Part shown: piece by piece, positions 10,701 to 19,289 of the stretch
Numbering within the stretch: the first letter of the stretch is position 1
Layout: each line of letters opens with the position of its first letter
Virus record (IMG/VR): IMGVR_UViG_3300048858_000027
Location: 16,944 to 80,943 of that record
DNA from: a virus
Lineage: Duplodnaviria > Caudoviricetes
Length of the DNA: 64,000 nucleotides
Reading direction: 5' to 3' (one strand)
Notes under the pieces: model-generated
Database searches by the model: none
The model's input: only the letters and a program-made list of their open reading frames with translations
Told to the model about the DNA's origin: nothing
Program-made: the position numbers and the translations under genes

Positions 10701-11369
10701 CGCGTCGATCATCACCCGCTCTGGTCCGGTGAGAAGGTCGGTTGCTACGTCGATCAGGGAATGCTGAAGAAGATTCCAGGCTTTGAAGGCCCGCCCTATT
10801 ACGTGGCCTATACCGAAGATCTAGGCGTGGATTACGTCTGCCGGCTCAGCCTGGAGATGGTCGGGTCCGCGGAGATCGACGGCTACAACATGATCAACTG
10901 GCCCCGGCTGGCTGACATGCCGAACCTGACAGGCGCGGCGCCTGGCGACTTCGAGTTCCGGGTGACGTTCAATGTCAACCGTGGTGGTATCTGGCAGGGT
11001 TGGCAGAACTTCGTGCCTGGTGAGTATGAGGGCAGGCACTTCGCCTTCCTCATCAGCATGGTCTCGAACCGCGACAAGGTTATGCCGGTTCTGATGCGCG
11101 TAACCACTGTGGTGGACATGCCCGATCGCATCGAGTCGAACAGCTACGCGATCGTGCCAAGCGGTGGTCTGGATGTGACATTCTCCCGGCCCTTCCGCGT
11201 TACGCCGAGCATCGGTGTCACTGGCAAGAACGCTCAGACAGGCGATTACTACATTATTTCAAACGAAAGCCCGAGCGGCTTCCGCGTGCAATATTACAAC
11301 GCAGCAGGAAGCCCTGTGAGCAGGACGATCGCTTGGATCGGTGCCGGGTATGGATACGGAGTCATCTGA
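7752..11369 (+). CDS. Central tail fibre / host specificity protein, lambda gpJ-like, with FnIII domains
   Basis: 1205 aa; VLLGLCRGPIHGL, WTNNPAFCFY, RYTFNG motifs; FnIII-like repeats in the C-terminal third. Confidence 0.92.
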   Translation: MQNFSGAGGGTTTKQKTPTETKDNLRSKDKIEVLLGLCRGPIHGLVDGHKSVYIGDTKLQNADGTYNFPDAGFTVYPGNNPGETIYPLLGGFEDWRQVGKDLAYNVPHQANTQTVNPSQVILRFQVKKLYQTTDYVVDDYSTRGTIPHRARFNIRYKMVGNDEWIYPYAEPYEILGRTLDGEVHEIRVPNNSGLPGPFTFEVTLLTADTEMAPCQVYWEGFYDVMAGLYGLTRSTTINTRLEPSSAITRTTDTPGERLDGSTGIDMIDLRFTVSSLYIANPQGTFDDEIDLLIEAKPTTSNTWQKPFGGTVKIRGKTTSAVVFEYRFNVQPINVPYDIRVTRISGDLPEHYRDIVWESFQEIVGGPARFDDVAVAHLTARASDQFSSLPDFSAEYYLEKCRVPTNYDPWTRTYTGTWDGAWKVEWTNNPAFCFYQLAMDAVDGAKKFWPDLSINKFDIYDAARWCDELVPNGKGGWQPRYTFNGLITEARGIKDQLRYMAGVFNATFVDDLNGAIRLVIDKDDAATAIFGPENIYEEGFQYSYTDPSTRFNDFTVKFANPDLKYETDTRVLRDSDHQARYGAIPYDFIGIGCTDAHEAMRRAAHKMITATTEVEMVSFTTNRRGLYVRPYDIILVSDPDMGYALSGRIKSLNENRTIVSVRDPLYLEDGVVYTLQVEVPNPTTGSFDLVSVPLVGPYDGYVYDFELSAQLPEGLPAYAYFTLGAVGSLAGTPKPYRVLSMEEVESNPDQVMISAVEVNRNKTILSDSVKDSAVLEYTNMPSEIAPPVGLQVYTTTANVNGKIVASVTLTWTPSPDPRVNRYQVHYRLSGETAWQVGPTVSGTRAEILNIPNGTYDFRVGAVAGVLGVTSSITADGVPAGLMVPPSNVPYLDVGVIGDGIRLTWGAVPDADLAYYWIRYTPLIGPDATWGVAMDLVAQVTGTSVQVPLAAGTYFIKAVDVTGTASRQATGGSTAATPMGLNAVSRVDHHPLWSGEKVGCYVDQGMLKKIPGFEGPPYYVAYTEDLGVDYVCRLSLEMVGSAEIDGYNMINWPRLADMPNLTGAAPGDFEFRVTFNVNRGGIWQGWQNFVPGEYEGRHFAFLISMVSNRDKVMPVLMRVTTVVDMPDRIESNSYAIVPSGGLDVTFSRPFRVTPSIGVTGKNAQTGDYYIISNESPSGFRVQYYNAAGSPVSRTIAWIGAGYGYGVI

Positions 11370-12283
11370 TGGCACAGGCCAACATCGGTAATATCGACCC
11401 GAACGAAACTTCGGGTGTCGATCTCGCGCAGCTTCTTACCCAGGTTGGAGCTGCGCTTGAGACCAACAATCTCGGCGCTGGTCGTCCGTCCTACGCGAAG
11501 CGGGGCACCATCTGGATTCACGACCCCGGTAACGGCACCCTGGGTGTGGCGCTCTTTACCGGCGTGGCAGATGTGCTGATCGGCGTGATCAACATTGCCG
11601 CGAACACCTTCACCCCGCAGGGTGTGGGCGTCACGCTGGACAGCCTCGGAGGCGTACCCTACTGGCGTAATATCGGAACGGGCGCCTCCATCACTGGAGG
11701 TGGAAATCTCGAAGCGAACCGCTGGATTACGCTGGTCGGGGATCACGACGCCCCAGGTGGCAACAAGTATTACGGCACCAACCCGGCGGGGCAGAAGGGC
11801 TTCTTCGACCTCCCTTCGCAGCGCGGCCTTTCCCGCGTCGAGCGCATCACCTGGAACTGGCCCACGGGTGGTTTCTTCACTTGGTCGGTTCCCGCCAACG
11901 TCAACCGCATCAATTTCACAGTCGTCGCTGGCGGCGGTGTCACCCAGATCGGATCCAACCCGGACGGCGACGGTCAGTCCACCCCCTACAACTACCCCGG
12001 CGGGCGTGGTGGGCAGCTCAGTGGTGTGATGATCGTCTCCCCCGGCCAGGTTCTGACCATGCGGGTCGGCGGCGTTGCGGAAGCTTCTGAGATCCAGGGC
12101 TTTGTCTTCTGCGATGCTGGCGGCATCGGCGCCATCGGCGGCGGTGCCACAGGAGGCATGTCTCTCGCCCCTGAGAATGTGGGAGGGGTCATGGGCGGCC
12201 CCCTTCTGCTGAACAGCAACCTGGCCTTTGCAGGCTGGCCCGACACGCACGGCGCCATCCAGTTCGATTTCGTGGCGTCCTAA
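11369..12283 (+). CDS. Tail fibre / receptor-binding protein with glycine-rich C-terminal domain
   Basis: RPSYAKRGTIW N-terminal motif, DAPGGNKYYGTN motif, Gly-rich head; follows gpJ; ATG overlaps J stop. Confidence 0.75.
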   Translation: MAQANIGNIDPNETSGVDLAQLLTQVGAALETNNLGAGRPSYAKRGTIWIHDPGNGTLGVALFTGVADVLIGVINIAANTFTPQGVGVTLDSLGGVPYWRNIGTGASITGGGNLEANRWITLVGDHDAPGGNKYYGTNPAGQKGFFDLPSQRGLSRVERITWNWPTGGFFTWSVPANVNRINFTVVAGGGVTQIGSNPDGDGQSTPYNYPGGRGGQLSGVMIVSPGQVLTMRVGGVAEASEIQGFVFCDAGGIGAIGGGATGGMSLAPENVGGVMGGPLLLNSNLAFAGWPDTHGAIQFDFVAS

Positions 12284-12297
12284 AGGATCCATCCTTC

Positions 12298-13554
12298 ATG
12301 CTCACCAAGCGGCAACCTCCCGCTCAACCTGATGTTTTGCTGAAGGCCCGCGCTCTCTCCGAGCAGGGTCTGAGTAGCACCGAGATCAGTGACCGTCTCG
12401 GCTACTCCCCGCGGGCGATCCGCAACTGGCTCTCGCAAGAGCGTCAGGCAGCACCGGAGGACGCGAGCAACCACATCCGGCTGCTGGAGGTGGAGAACAA
12501 GCTCCGCCTGACACAGCGCCGGCTCCTGGAGATGGAACGCGCGAACCTCTCGGCCGAGCTGGTCCGCCGCGAGATCCTGCAGCTCGCGGAACATTCGCCT
12601 GCACCCTCCGAGTGGTCAGTGCGCCGCAGCCAGGTGGGCGACAACACCACCCCGATCGCCATCCTGTCCGACCTTCACTACGGCGAGGTGACGGACCCTG
12701 CATCCCTCAACTACATCAACGAATACAACACGAAGATCGCCAAGCAGCGCGTCAAGATGTGGGTGGAGAAGGTTCTCTCCAACTGCTTCGACGCCCGCAC
12801 CAACCCCGACTTCCCTGGCCTGATCCTCTGCCTGGGTGGCGACCTGATCTCCGGCGACATCCACGAGGAGCTGGAGATCTCGAACGAGATCACGGTCCCC
12901 GTCGCGCTGCTGGAGCTGCTCGACCTGCTGGTCCCCGCCATCCGTGCGCTGAAGAAGGAGTTCGGCCGCATCCTGATCCCGGCGACCTTCGGCAACCACG
13001 GGCGCAACACGCGCCAGGTTCGGTTCAAGCGCCGGGCCTTCGGTAACTTCGACTGGTTGCTGAGTGGCTTGCTGGAGCGGGCGCTGAAGGATGATGAGGG
13101 AATCGAGTTCCTGACGCCCAGCTCCACCGATACCTACTTCACCATTCAGGGGCGCCGGATGCTGCTGACCCACGGTGACACGCTGGGCGCCAAAGGCGGC
13201 GACGGGTTCATTGGCCCGCTGGGTCCGAGCAAGCGTGGTGAGGGCAAGGCCCGTCGCGTGTCGGAGTCAATCGGGCTGCCCTTCGAGCACCTGATCCATG
13301 GGCACTGGCACACCCAGTTCGTGCTGCCGCGCGTTCTCGCGAACGGGTGCGTCTGCGGCTACAACGAATATGCCAAGGATTGCCTGCGGGCTGAGCCAGA
13401 GCCGCCGCAGCAGATCCTGGCTTTCATCCATCCTGACCACGGTGTGGTGGAATACCGCCCGATCCTGCTGAGCACGCCGAAATCGGGGAAGGTCGATGAT
13501 CGCGCCTTCGACCGCATGAAGGCGCAGTTCGGGGCGAAGAGGGGGCGGGCATGA
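12298..13554 (+). CDS. HTH + calcineurin-like metallophosphoesterase
   Basis: N-terminal HTH (GLSSTEISDRLGYSPRAIRNWL); SDLHYG, GGDLISG, GNHGR, THGD, HGHWH metal-binding motifs. Confidence 0.85.
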   Translation: MLTKRQPPAQPDVLLKARALSEQGLSSTEISDRLGYSPRAIRNWLSQERQAAPEDASNHIRLLEVENKLRLTQRRLLEMERANLSAELVRREILQLAEHSPAPSEWSVRRSQVGDNTTPIAILSDLHYGEVTDPASLNYINEYNTKIAKQRVKMWVEKVLSNCFDARTNPDFPGLILCLGGDLISGDIHEELEISNEITVPVALLELLDLLVPAIRALKKEFGRILIPATFGNHGRNTRQVRFKRRAFGNFDWLLSGLLERALKDDEGIEFLTPSSTDTYFTIQGRRMLLTHGDTLGAKGGDGFIGPLGPSKRGEGKARRVSESIGLPFEHLIHGHWHTQFVLPRVLANGCVCGYNEYAKDCLRAEPEPPQQILAFIHPDHGVVEYRPILLSTPKSGKVDDRAFDRMKAQFGAKRGRA

Positions 13555-13886
13555 CACTGGACGCTCCGACCCTTCTCCTGCTCCTGCTGGCAGGACATGC
13601 CCTGGCGGACTATCCGCTCCAGGGCGACTTCCTGGCGCAAGCCAAGAGCCGTCACACGAAGCTGGGCGCCCTCTACTGGCCCCACGCTCTCACGGCCCAC
13701 TCGTTGATCCACGGCGGCGTGGTGACGCTGCTGACAGGTTCTGCGCTGCTGGGGTTGGCCGAGACGGTGATCCACGGGATCACCGACTGGCTGAAGTGCG
13801 AGGGGAAGATCGACCTCAACACTGATCAGGCAATCCACGCCGCCTGCAAGGTAGCGTGGTGTGTGCTGGTTATGTGGGGTGCCTAG
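13551..13886 (+). CDS. DUF3307-like membrane protein
   Basis: AGHALADYPLQ, HSLIHG, IHGITDWLK, DQAIH His-rich membrane motifs. Confidence 0.8.
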   Translation: MTLDAPTLLLLLLAGHALADYPLQGDFLAQAKSRHTKLGALYWPHALTAHSLIHGGVVTLLTGSALLGLAETVIHGITDWLKCEGKIDLNTDQAIHAACKVAWCVLVMWGA

Positions 13887-14188
13887 CGAACGTGCTCGAT
13901 AGCACGGTTCGGGTCGGCCGTGCGCCAATCCGGCCAGTTCCGCCGCTCGTTCTTGAGCTGCTTCGCCTGAAGGGCGTCCACGATCTGCTCCGGGGTGGCG
14001 CCTGACCTCCAGGCACCATCCAGCGCCAGGAGCACCACGTCGATCCACTCGCTGAGATCCTCGGGCGCGGCCTCGATCTCCTTCAGCTCCTTGCGGATGT
14101 GATCAACGACACCTTCCGTGCGGCGACCGGGGCCGAAGGTGGCCAGGCTGAAGGCGCGCTGGCGGTGGAGGTGGAGGGCGAGGTTCAT
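13883..14188 (-). CDS. DUF550-like dATP/dGTP pyrophosphohydrolase (MazG-like fold)
   Basis: FSLATFGPGRRTEGVVDHIRKELKEIE...EWIDVVLLALDGAWR...KNERRNWPDWR. Confidence 0.8.
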   Translation of the reverse strand: MNLALHLHRQRAFSLATFGPGRRTEGVVDHIRKELKEIEAAPEDLSEWIDVVLLALDGAWRSGATPEQIVDALQAKQLKNERRNWPDWRTADPNRAIEHVR

Positions 14189-14388
14189 GTCATATCCTGA
14201 TAGGGTGAGCGCCGCAGGTCGGCCAGGGCGCGGGTTAGGTCCATGCTGGCCCGCTTCACGGCGCCCATCTGGCGCGGGTGGAAGCCATCCCACTTCTTCT
14301 CGATGTCCCGCAGCTCCTTGATCCGCTGGAGGAAGCGTTTCGCTTCCTCCTCCGCGGTCTTCAGACGGGCTTCCTGGATGTCGATCAT
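14185..14388 (-). CDS. Hypothetical protein
   Basis: 67 aa, coupled overlaps with both neighbours. Confidence 0.6.
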   Translation of the reverse strand: MIDIQEARLKTAEEEAKRFLQRIKELRDIEKKWDGFHPRQMGAVKRASMDLTRALADLRRSPYQDMT

Positions 14389-14624
14389 GCCCGCCCCGCC
14401 ACACCGGCTGGCAGGTCCACGACCAGGGCGACGGGCGGCTGGTGCCCCATCACCCACAGCTCCACGTCACCACCTGTCATCAGGATGCCCAGCTCCTCGG
14501 GCGTCGGCCGCCAGCGGGAAACGCTGTAGCCTCCAGCCACCCGCACCAGCAGGTCGCCTACCTCGGGGTGTCCCTCGGGGGCTTTCATGAGGTGGGTGGC
14601 GCCCTCGATCTCGACGGGATTCAT
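14385..14624 (-). CDS. Hypothetical protein
   Basis: 79 aa, coupled; SRWRPTPEEL...GGDVELWVMG motif typical of phage proteins. Confidence 0.65.
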   Translation of the reverse strand: MNPVEIEGATHLMKAPEGHPEVGDLLVRVAGGYSVSRWRPTPEELGILMTGGDVELWVMGHQPPVALVVDLPAGVAGRA

Positions 14625-15208
14625 TCGCCCGTCCTCCAGGCGTGACCCTGCACAGCGGTCAGCGCTGCGTAGACGAACTCCTGTGGCGAGGAGTAATCGT
14701 TGATCAGCCGGAGGGTGAACATCCGATCGTCCAGCGCGCCTTCGGAAGCGTGCCCGCCCTTGAAGTCCACACCGGGGCGGGTGAGCATCACCGTGGTGGC
14801 GTCTTCGTCCTCCGCGAACTCGAACTCATTCGGGAAGCGCATGTCGTCGTTGACGACTGGCTGGCCCGCCTGGCGGAGAGCTGCCGTCTTCATGGCGGTG
14901 ATGTTCACCCAGAAGCGGTCGCCCATCATGATGCGCCCCCACTCGGTGCCCAGGGTCTGCATCCCATAGCGGCAGGTGTGCCCACCCAGGTACGGGCAAG
15001 GCTCCTCCTTCAGATCCCCTTCGACGTAGCGCTCGATCAGCTCCTCGGGGCATCCAGCCTCGCGCAGCAGCGCCCGCATCATGGCCTTCAGCGGCCCGGC
15101 GAACTTGACCAGAACCCACCCCTGGTTGATCAGGGCCTGGGCCAGTGTGGACTTCCCCGAGCCCGGCGCGGGGGAGTAGATCGCGACGAAGGGTGCGAGG
15201 TTCTTCAC
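14621..15208 (-). CDS. Deoxynucleoside monophosphate kinase
   Basis: P-loop APGSGKSTLA, FAGPLKAM, RYGMQTLGTEWGR, DDMRFPNE, HASE. Confidence 0.9.
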   Translation of the reverse strand: MKNLAPFVAIYSPAPGSGKSTLAQALINQGWVLVKFAGPLKAMMRALLREAGCPEELIERYVEGDLKEEPCPYLGGHTCRYGMQTLGTEWGRIMMGDRFWVNITAMKTAALRQAGQPVVNDDMRFPNEFEFAEDEDATTVMLTRPGVDFKGGHASEGALDDRMFTLRLINDYSSPQEFVYAALTAVQGHAWRTGE

Positions 15209-15420
15209 AGCACGCCCTCCAGGGAGCCGAACAGGTGCTGGACGGCCAGCTCGATCTTGCGGAGGCGGGCGATTTCCAGCCGGAGAGGTTCGACATCCTC
15301 CTCGCTGTAGCGGAGCACCTTCAGCTCATCGCGGGGACCAAGCAGCTTCTGCTCGATCCGCGCCCGATCGGCGGGCGTCAGGTATCCGAACTCGATGGAT
15401 CCAACGGTCATCGTCATCAT
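15205..15420 (-). CDS. Hypothetical protein
   Basis: 71 aa, coupled overlaps. Confidence 0.55.
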   Translation of the reverse strand: MMTMTVGSIEFGYLTPADRARIEQKLLGPRDELKVLRYSEEDVEPLRLEIARLRKIELAVQHLFGSLEGVL

Positions 15421-15554
15421 GGGGCCTTTTCGGGCTCAGGATCATGATCCGGCACCGCCGGATTGATTGGTTGAATGATTGAAATCCCGGCTTCGGTGAG
15501 GAACCCGAGGTCCCCCGCAGCAGCCAGGCACTCCAGGGCTTGCTCGATATTCAC
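15417..15554 (-). CDS. Small hypothetical protein (45 aa, not in ORF track)
   Basis: GTG overlaps upstream TGA, its TGA overlaps downstream ATG; MNIEQALECLAAAGDLGFLTEAGISIIQPINPAVPDHDPEPEKAP. Confidence 0.5.
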   Translation of the reverse strand: MNIEQALECLAAAGDLGFLTEAGISIIQPINPAVPDHDPEPEKAP

Positions 15555-16135
15555 CCGAGCAGGCTCTTGATCACGGCCGAAGCGCCCTTCCACTCACTGA
15601 TCCGGGCATCGCAGTAATCGACGCCCCGGTTCCAGGGCTGGTCGAACACGATCGTCCTGATATCCAGCGCAGCGGCGGCTTTCAGGTGGCCCGGATGGTC
15701 CTCGACGACGACCGACCCTGGGGCGTAATTCGAGAAGGCGATGCCTTTGTGGGCATGGGGCTCGACCGGGATCAGGGTGTTGATCGGCAGGCCGCGGAGC
15801 TGCCAGCGGCGGGAGTCCACCACCTTTTCCTCGACGCCGCAGGCGGACACCACCGCAATCTCCAGGCTGGGAAGTTCCTCGCGGAGATGGCGCAGGGTGA
15901 TCTCGACCCAGGGGAGTGGCGTCAGACGCCGGTATTCATAGGAGCGGTGGAACTCCTCGACGCAGGCGTTCGCCTCCTCGCGGGAGATCTGCGGATAGAT
16001 CGTGGTGAGGGAATAGTCGTCGCGAGCGCGCCAGTCGGGCGCCAGCTTCTTGTTGTGCTCCATCCAGCGCTTGAACGGGCCGATCCAGTCGATCAGGACG
16101 CCATCGACATCCAGGATAAGGGCGGGGGGCCTCAC
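15551..16135 (-). CDS. HAD-family 5'(3')-deoxyribonucleotidase-like protein
   Basis: LILDVDGVLIDW motif I, VSAC motif II, VVEDHPGHL motif IV, VFDQPWNR. Confidence 0.85.
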   Translation of the reverse strand: MRPPALILDVDGVLIDWIGPFKRWMEHNKKLAPDWRARDDYSLTTIYPQISREEANACVEEFHRSYEYRRLTPLPWVEITLRHLREELPSLEIAVVSACGVEEKVVDSRRWQLRGLPINTLIPVEPHAHKGIAFSNYAPGSVVVEDHPGHLKAAAALDIRTIVFDQPWNRGVDYCDARISEWKGASAVIKSLLG

Positions 16136-16569
16136 GAATGATTCCCCGTGCTGCCGATACCGGCGGTGCCACGGCGAGATTCAGGCAAAGAGTCCACCCA
16201 TTCGGGCTCCATGATCTCGCACTTGGTGACGATGAACTGTGCGATCCGCATCCCTTCCTCCACCTCGAAGATCGTCTCTCCGTGGTTGATGACGCAGACC
16301 AGCAGCTCGCCCCGGTAATCGGAGTCGATGACGCCCGCCAGGATGTTGAGGCCCTTCTTGACGGCCAGGCCAGACCGCGGGGCGATGCGCCCATAGAACC
16401 CGAACGGGATCGCCACGGCGATTCCGGTGCGGATCACAGTCCGCTCGCCGGGGAGAATGATTGCAGGCTTGATCGCGCAAAGGTCGAGCCCTGCAGCTTC
16501 GTCGCTGCCCCGTGTGGGTAGCGTTGCCTTCGGGTGCATCTGCATGAAATGCAGAGGAGGAAGTGTCAT
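16132..16569 (-). CDS. dut: dUTPase (trimeric)
   Basis: AAGLDL, RIAPRSGLA, GVIDSDYRGE, RIAQFIV, RRGTAGIGSTG; start moved to ATG 16569. Confidence 0.95.
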   Translation of the reverse strand: MTLPPLHFMQMHPKATLPTRGSDEAAGLDLCAIKPAIILPGERTVIRTGIAVAIPFGFYGRIAPRSGLAVKKGLNILAGVIDSDYRGELLVCVINHGETIFEVEEGMRIAQFIVTKCEIMEPEWVDSLPESRRGTAGIGSTGNHS

Positions 16570-16618
16570 GATGAATCCAGCAGGATTTGAGAGAAAGAAG
16601 GTGGAAGGAGACGAGCCC

Positions 16619-16927
16619 TTATTCGGGTTCGATGCCGTTGCCCCAGCGGCTGAAGTAGGCGCGGCGTGGCGCTGTCTTCTTGCGGGGGAACTCGTAGAGC
16701 ACGAAATGGTCCCCGTGCCGGCCCTGGCACATCTCGCTCTGACCAGCCTCATAGCGACTGCGAGCATCGCGAATGCGCGCCCAGTCTTCGAGGGGCCACT
16801 CTTCCCAGACGTGTCGGGCCGACACGATGCGACGAGCGTGCCGAATCTCCAGGGCAACCCCGGCTTCGGCGTGGCTAAAACCGTGCTTCAGACGGTATTT
16901 GGTGAAATCAAAGCGATCGAGGTTCAT
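16619..16927 (-). CDS. Hypothetical protein
   Basis: 102 aa ORF in operon orientation. Confidence 0.55.
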   Translation of the reverse strand: MNLDRFDFTKYRLKHGFSHAEAGVALEIRHARRIVSARHVWEEWPLEDWARIRDARSRYEAGQSEMCQGRHGDHFVLYEFPRKKTAPRRAYFSRWGNGIEPE

Positions 16928-16982
16928 GCAAAGGATTTACATTCCCCGATCGCTTCTCATCTACGGCGTAGTAGGTTCTTGA

Positions 16983-18989
16983 TTATTCAAGATGGATGTA
17001 GTTGTCAGCCTCGTGCCGCTTATGGCTCACGAGGATGATCTGGCTGATGCCAGGGATCAGAGACCGCAGTGCCTCGCTGGTGAAACCCGCACGGTCAGCG
17101 TCCATGGCGGCGTCGATCTCGTCCGCCATGAAGACAGAGAACACCTGGTTGGTGAGCACCTGTCCCAGCCCGATCCGCAGGGCGAGGTTCGCAGCCGCCT
17201 TCGCGCTGCCGGAGAGCGTATCGACACCCTGGCCGTCCACCAGGATGTCGAAGTCCTCGTCCACCTCGATCTGCGTGCGGGCGCCGCCCGTCATGCGGGA
17301 CAGCAGGATGCTAGCCGCACGGGACAAGCTGGGAACCAGGTGCCCCTTCACCCGCGCCTTCACCTCAACCAGCGCCTCCTTGACGAGCTTGTACTGCTCG
17401 GCCTGGAGCTTAACCTCCGCCAGCTTGGTCTCCAGCTCCGCCCGCTTCGCACTGGCCTTCTCATAGGCAGCCAGCGCAGCGTGGTAGGTGCGGATCTCGA
17501 CGATGAGGGTCGTCAGCTCCTCGATCTTGGCTGCAGGGTCGCCCAGCAACACCAGCTCATCACGGAGAGCGGGCGCCTTCTGGTGCCATTCCTTGTGCTG
17601 CTGGTCGAGCTTCTCCCACCGTGCGAGCTGGATCTCGTACTCGCGGCGCATGGTGAGAGCGGAATCAACCGCAGGAATGGCCCGCAGCTTCAGGTCCAAC
17701 TCCCTGACCTGGGCACGGATCGGAGCATTCGCCTCCTCGGCCGCGAGCCTGTCCAGCAGCATGTCCGCCTGAGTGGCGTTCATGTCGAGACGCTTGCCTG
17801 AGAGGTTGGCCTCCGCGACCAGGAGAGCGCACCGCTCGTATTCAGCGACCTGCATGTCCCATGCGGACAGGGCGCGACGAGCGGCCTGGATCTGCGCACG
17901 GGTCATCTTGGGCTCGGGGACGGGCTTCCCCTCCCAGTCGCCCAGCTCCGCCATGGCACCCGCCTCGACGGGCCAGGAATGGGTGCAGGACGGGCAGGTG
18001 TGCGTCCCCTTGGCCCGCAGGTCCGACCAGCGCTTCCAGGCGTGGTGCTGGTCGCAGAGGGCTTCCTGCTGGTCCAGCAGTGCATGGTCGAAGCCTGGCT
18101 GGGTCTGCGACCGGATGTAAGCCTCCGCCTTCAGGACCGCCTTGTGATCGAGCAACTGCTCCCGCGTCAGGTTCAACCAGCCATCAGGGGTGTCGTTGTA
18201 GGTGGGGATGGGCTTGATCGACTTCTGCGCCCGGTCCAGGGCGATCCTCACCCCTTCGCGCTGGACCCGCAGGGCCTCTAGCTCGGAGAGGGCGCGGGGC
18301 TCATCGCACTGAGGAACCAGACCAGGGGCGAGCGGCTCATTGGCCAGGAACCGCTCGATCTCCAGCTTGCGGACGGAGGCGGCGTTCAAGGTTCGCACCT
18401 CGGCCTGGAGGTCGTCGATCGACGCCATCCGGCTGGGCGGTGAGGGCTCGGAAACGATTTCCGGCATGGCGCGCTCGATGGCGGTCGCCTCGCGGGAGGC
18501 GGTCAGTGCCTCCTCCCCCGCCCACTTCGCCAGGTCATCGAGCACCGAAAGACCAATGGTGCTGTCCACCAGGCGCTTGCGGTCGCCGGCCCGCATGGAG
18601 GACAGCGCCTCGATCATGCCCTGATTGGCGCAGTTGGCCACGTCGAACACGTCCAGGCCGTAGCCAAACAGCTCAGCCATCTTCAGGTTGACGGGCTTGG
18701 TGCCCGTTGCGATCACCTCACCGCCTCGGGAGAGCTTCGCCGTGCTGGTCGTGCGGACCACTTCGTAGTCCTGGCCCCGCGCGGTGAAGCTCAGCGTGAT
18801 CTTCGCGCCCTTTAGGGCCTCGGCCTTGTCACGCAGCGCGGCGGTGCCGTGCAGGGCGAAGCGCATCATCTCCAGGGTCAGGCTCTTGCCCGCCTCGTTG
18901 CGGCCCGTGATGCAGGTCAGGCCGCGGTCGAAGGTGATCGTCCGGTCCCGGTGGACCAGAGCATTTTCCATCTTCAGAGTGTGGAACAT
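16983..18989 (-). CDS. SbcC/Rad50-like SMC ATPase
   Basis: Walker A GRNEAGKS, coiled coil with CPSC hook, LSGS signature, ADEIDAAMD Walker B, VSH. Confidence 0.92.
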   Translation of the reverse strand: MFHTLKMENALVHRDRTITFDRGLTCITGRNEAGKSLTLEMMRFALHGTAALRDKAEALKGAKITLSFTARGQDYEVVRTTSTAKLSRGGEVIATGTKPVNLKMAELFGYGLDVFDVANCANQGMIEALSSMRAGDRKRLVDSTIGLSVLDDLAKWAGEEALTASREATAIERAMPEIVSEPSPPSRMASIDDLQAEVRTLNAASVRKLEIERFLANEPLAPGLVPQCDEPRALSELEALRVQREGVRIALDRAQKSIKPIPTYNDTPDGWLNLTREQLLDHKAVLKAEAYIRSQTQPGFDHALLDQQEALCDQHHAWKRWSDLRAKGTHTCPSCTHSWPVEAGAMAELGDWEGKPVPEPKMTRAQIQAARRALSAWDMQVAEYERCALLVAEANLSGKRLDMNATQADMLLDRLAAEEANAPIRAQVRELDLKLRAIPAVDSALTMRREYEIQLARWEKLDQQHKEWHQKAPALRDELVLLGDPAAKIEELTTLIVEIRTYHAALAAYEKASAKRAELETKLAEVKLQAEQYKLVKEALVEVKARVKGHLVPSLSRAASILLSRMTGGARTQIEVDEDFDILVDGQGVDTLSGSAKAAANLALRIGLGQVLTNQVFSVFMADEIDAAMDADRAGFTSEALRSLIPGISQIILVSHKRHEADNYIHLE

Positions 18990-19025
18990 GTTGGATCAGA
19001 TCCAGTGTCAGTTCGGGGTTGAGGG

Positions 19026-19289
19026 TCAGATCGCGGGGTGTGTGAGTATGAGGGTCCGTGTGAACTTGATGCCCATCTCTCGGGCCGGGCCATACCCTTC
19101 GATGAACTGGTTAGGGCAATCGTCCACCAGGCCCCGAGCGTAAAGCTGCGCCAAATGCTCGACGTGTTCCTGCAAGGTCTCGAAGGGATAGAACCCTTGG
19201 CGAAACTCTTCCATGAACTCGGACGTGAACTTGGTCTCGTCCACTGTCACCTTGATGGTCTGGATGACATCTATCTCGTGGATGCTCAT
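19026..19289 (-). CDS. Hypothetical protein
   Basis: 87 aa from ATG 19289, coupled to upstream stop. Confidence 0.6.
   Translation of the reverse strand: MSIHEIDVIQTIKVTVDETKFTSEFMEEFRQGFYPFETLQEHVEHLAQLYARGLVDDCPNQFIEGYGPAREMGIKFTRTLILTHPAI

Noticed and set aside
7734-10715. Long antisense ORFs (993 aa here; also 1689-3464, 23648-25615, 33448-34902, 61669-63168)
   Set aside because: They are shadows of high-GC genes on the opposite strand, with no recognisable motifs or SD.
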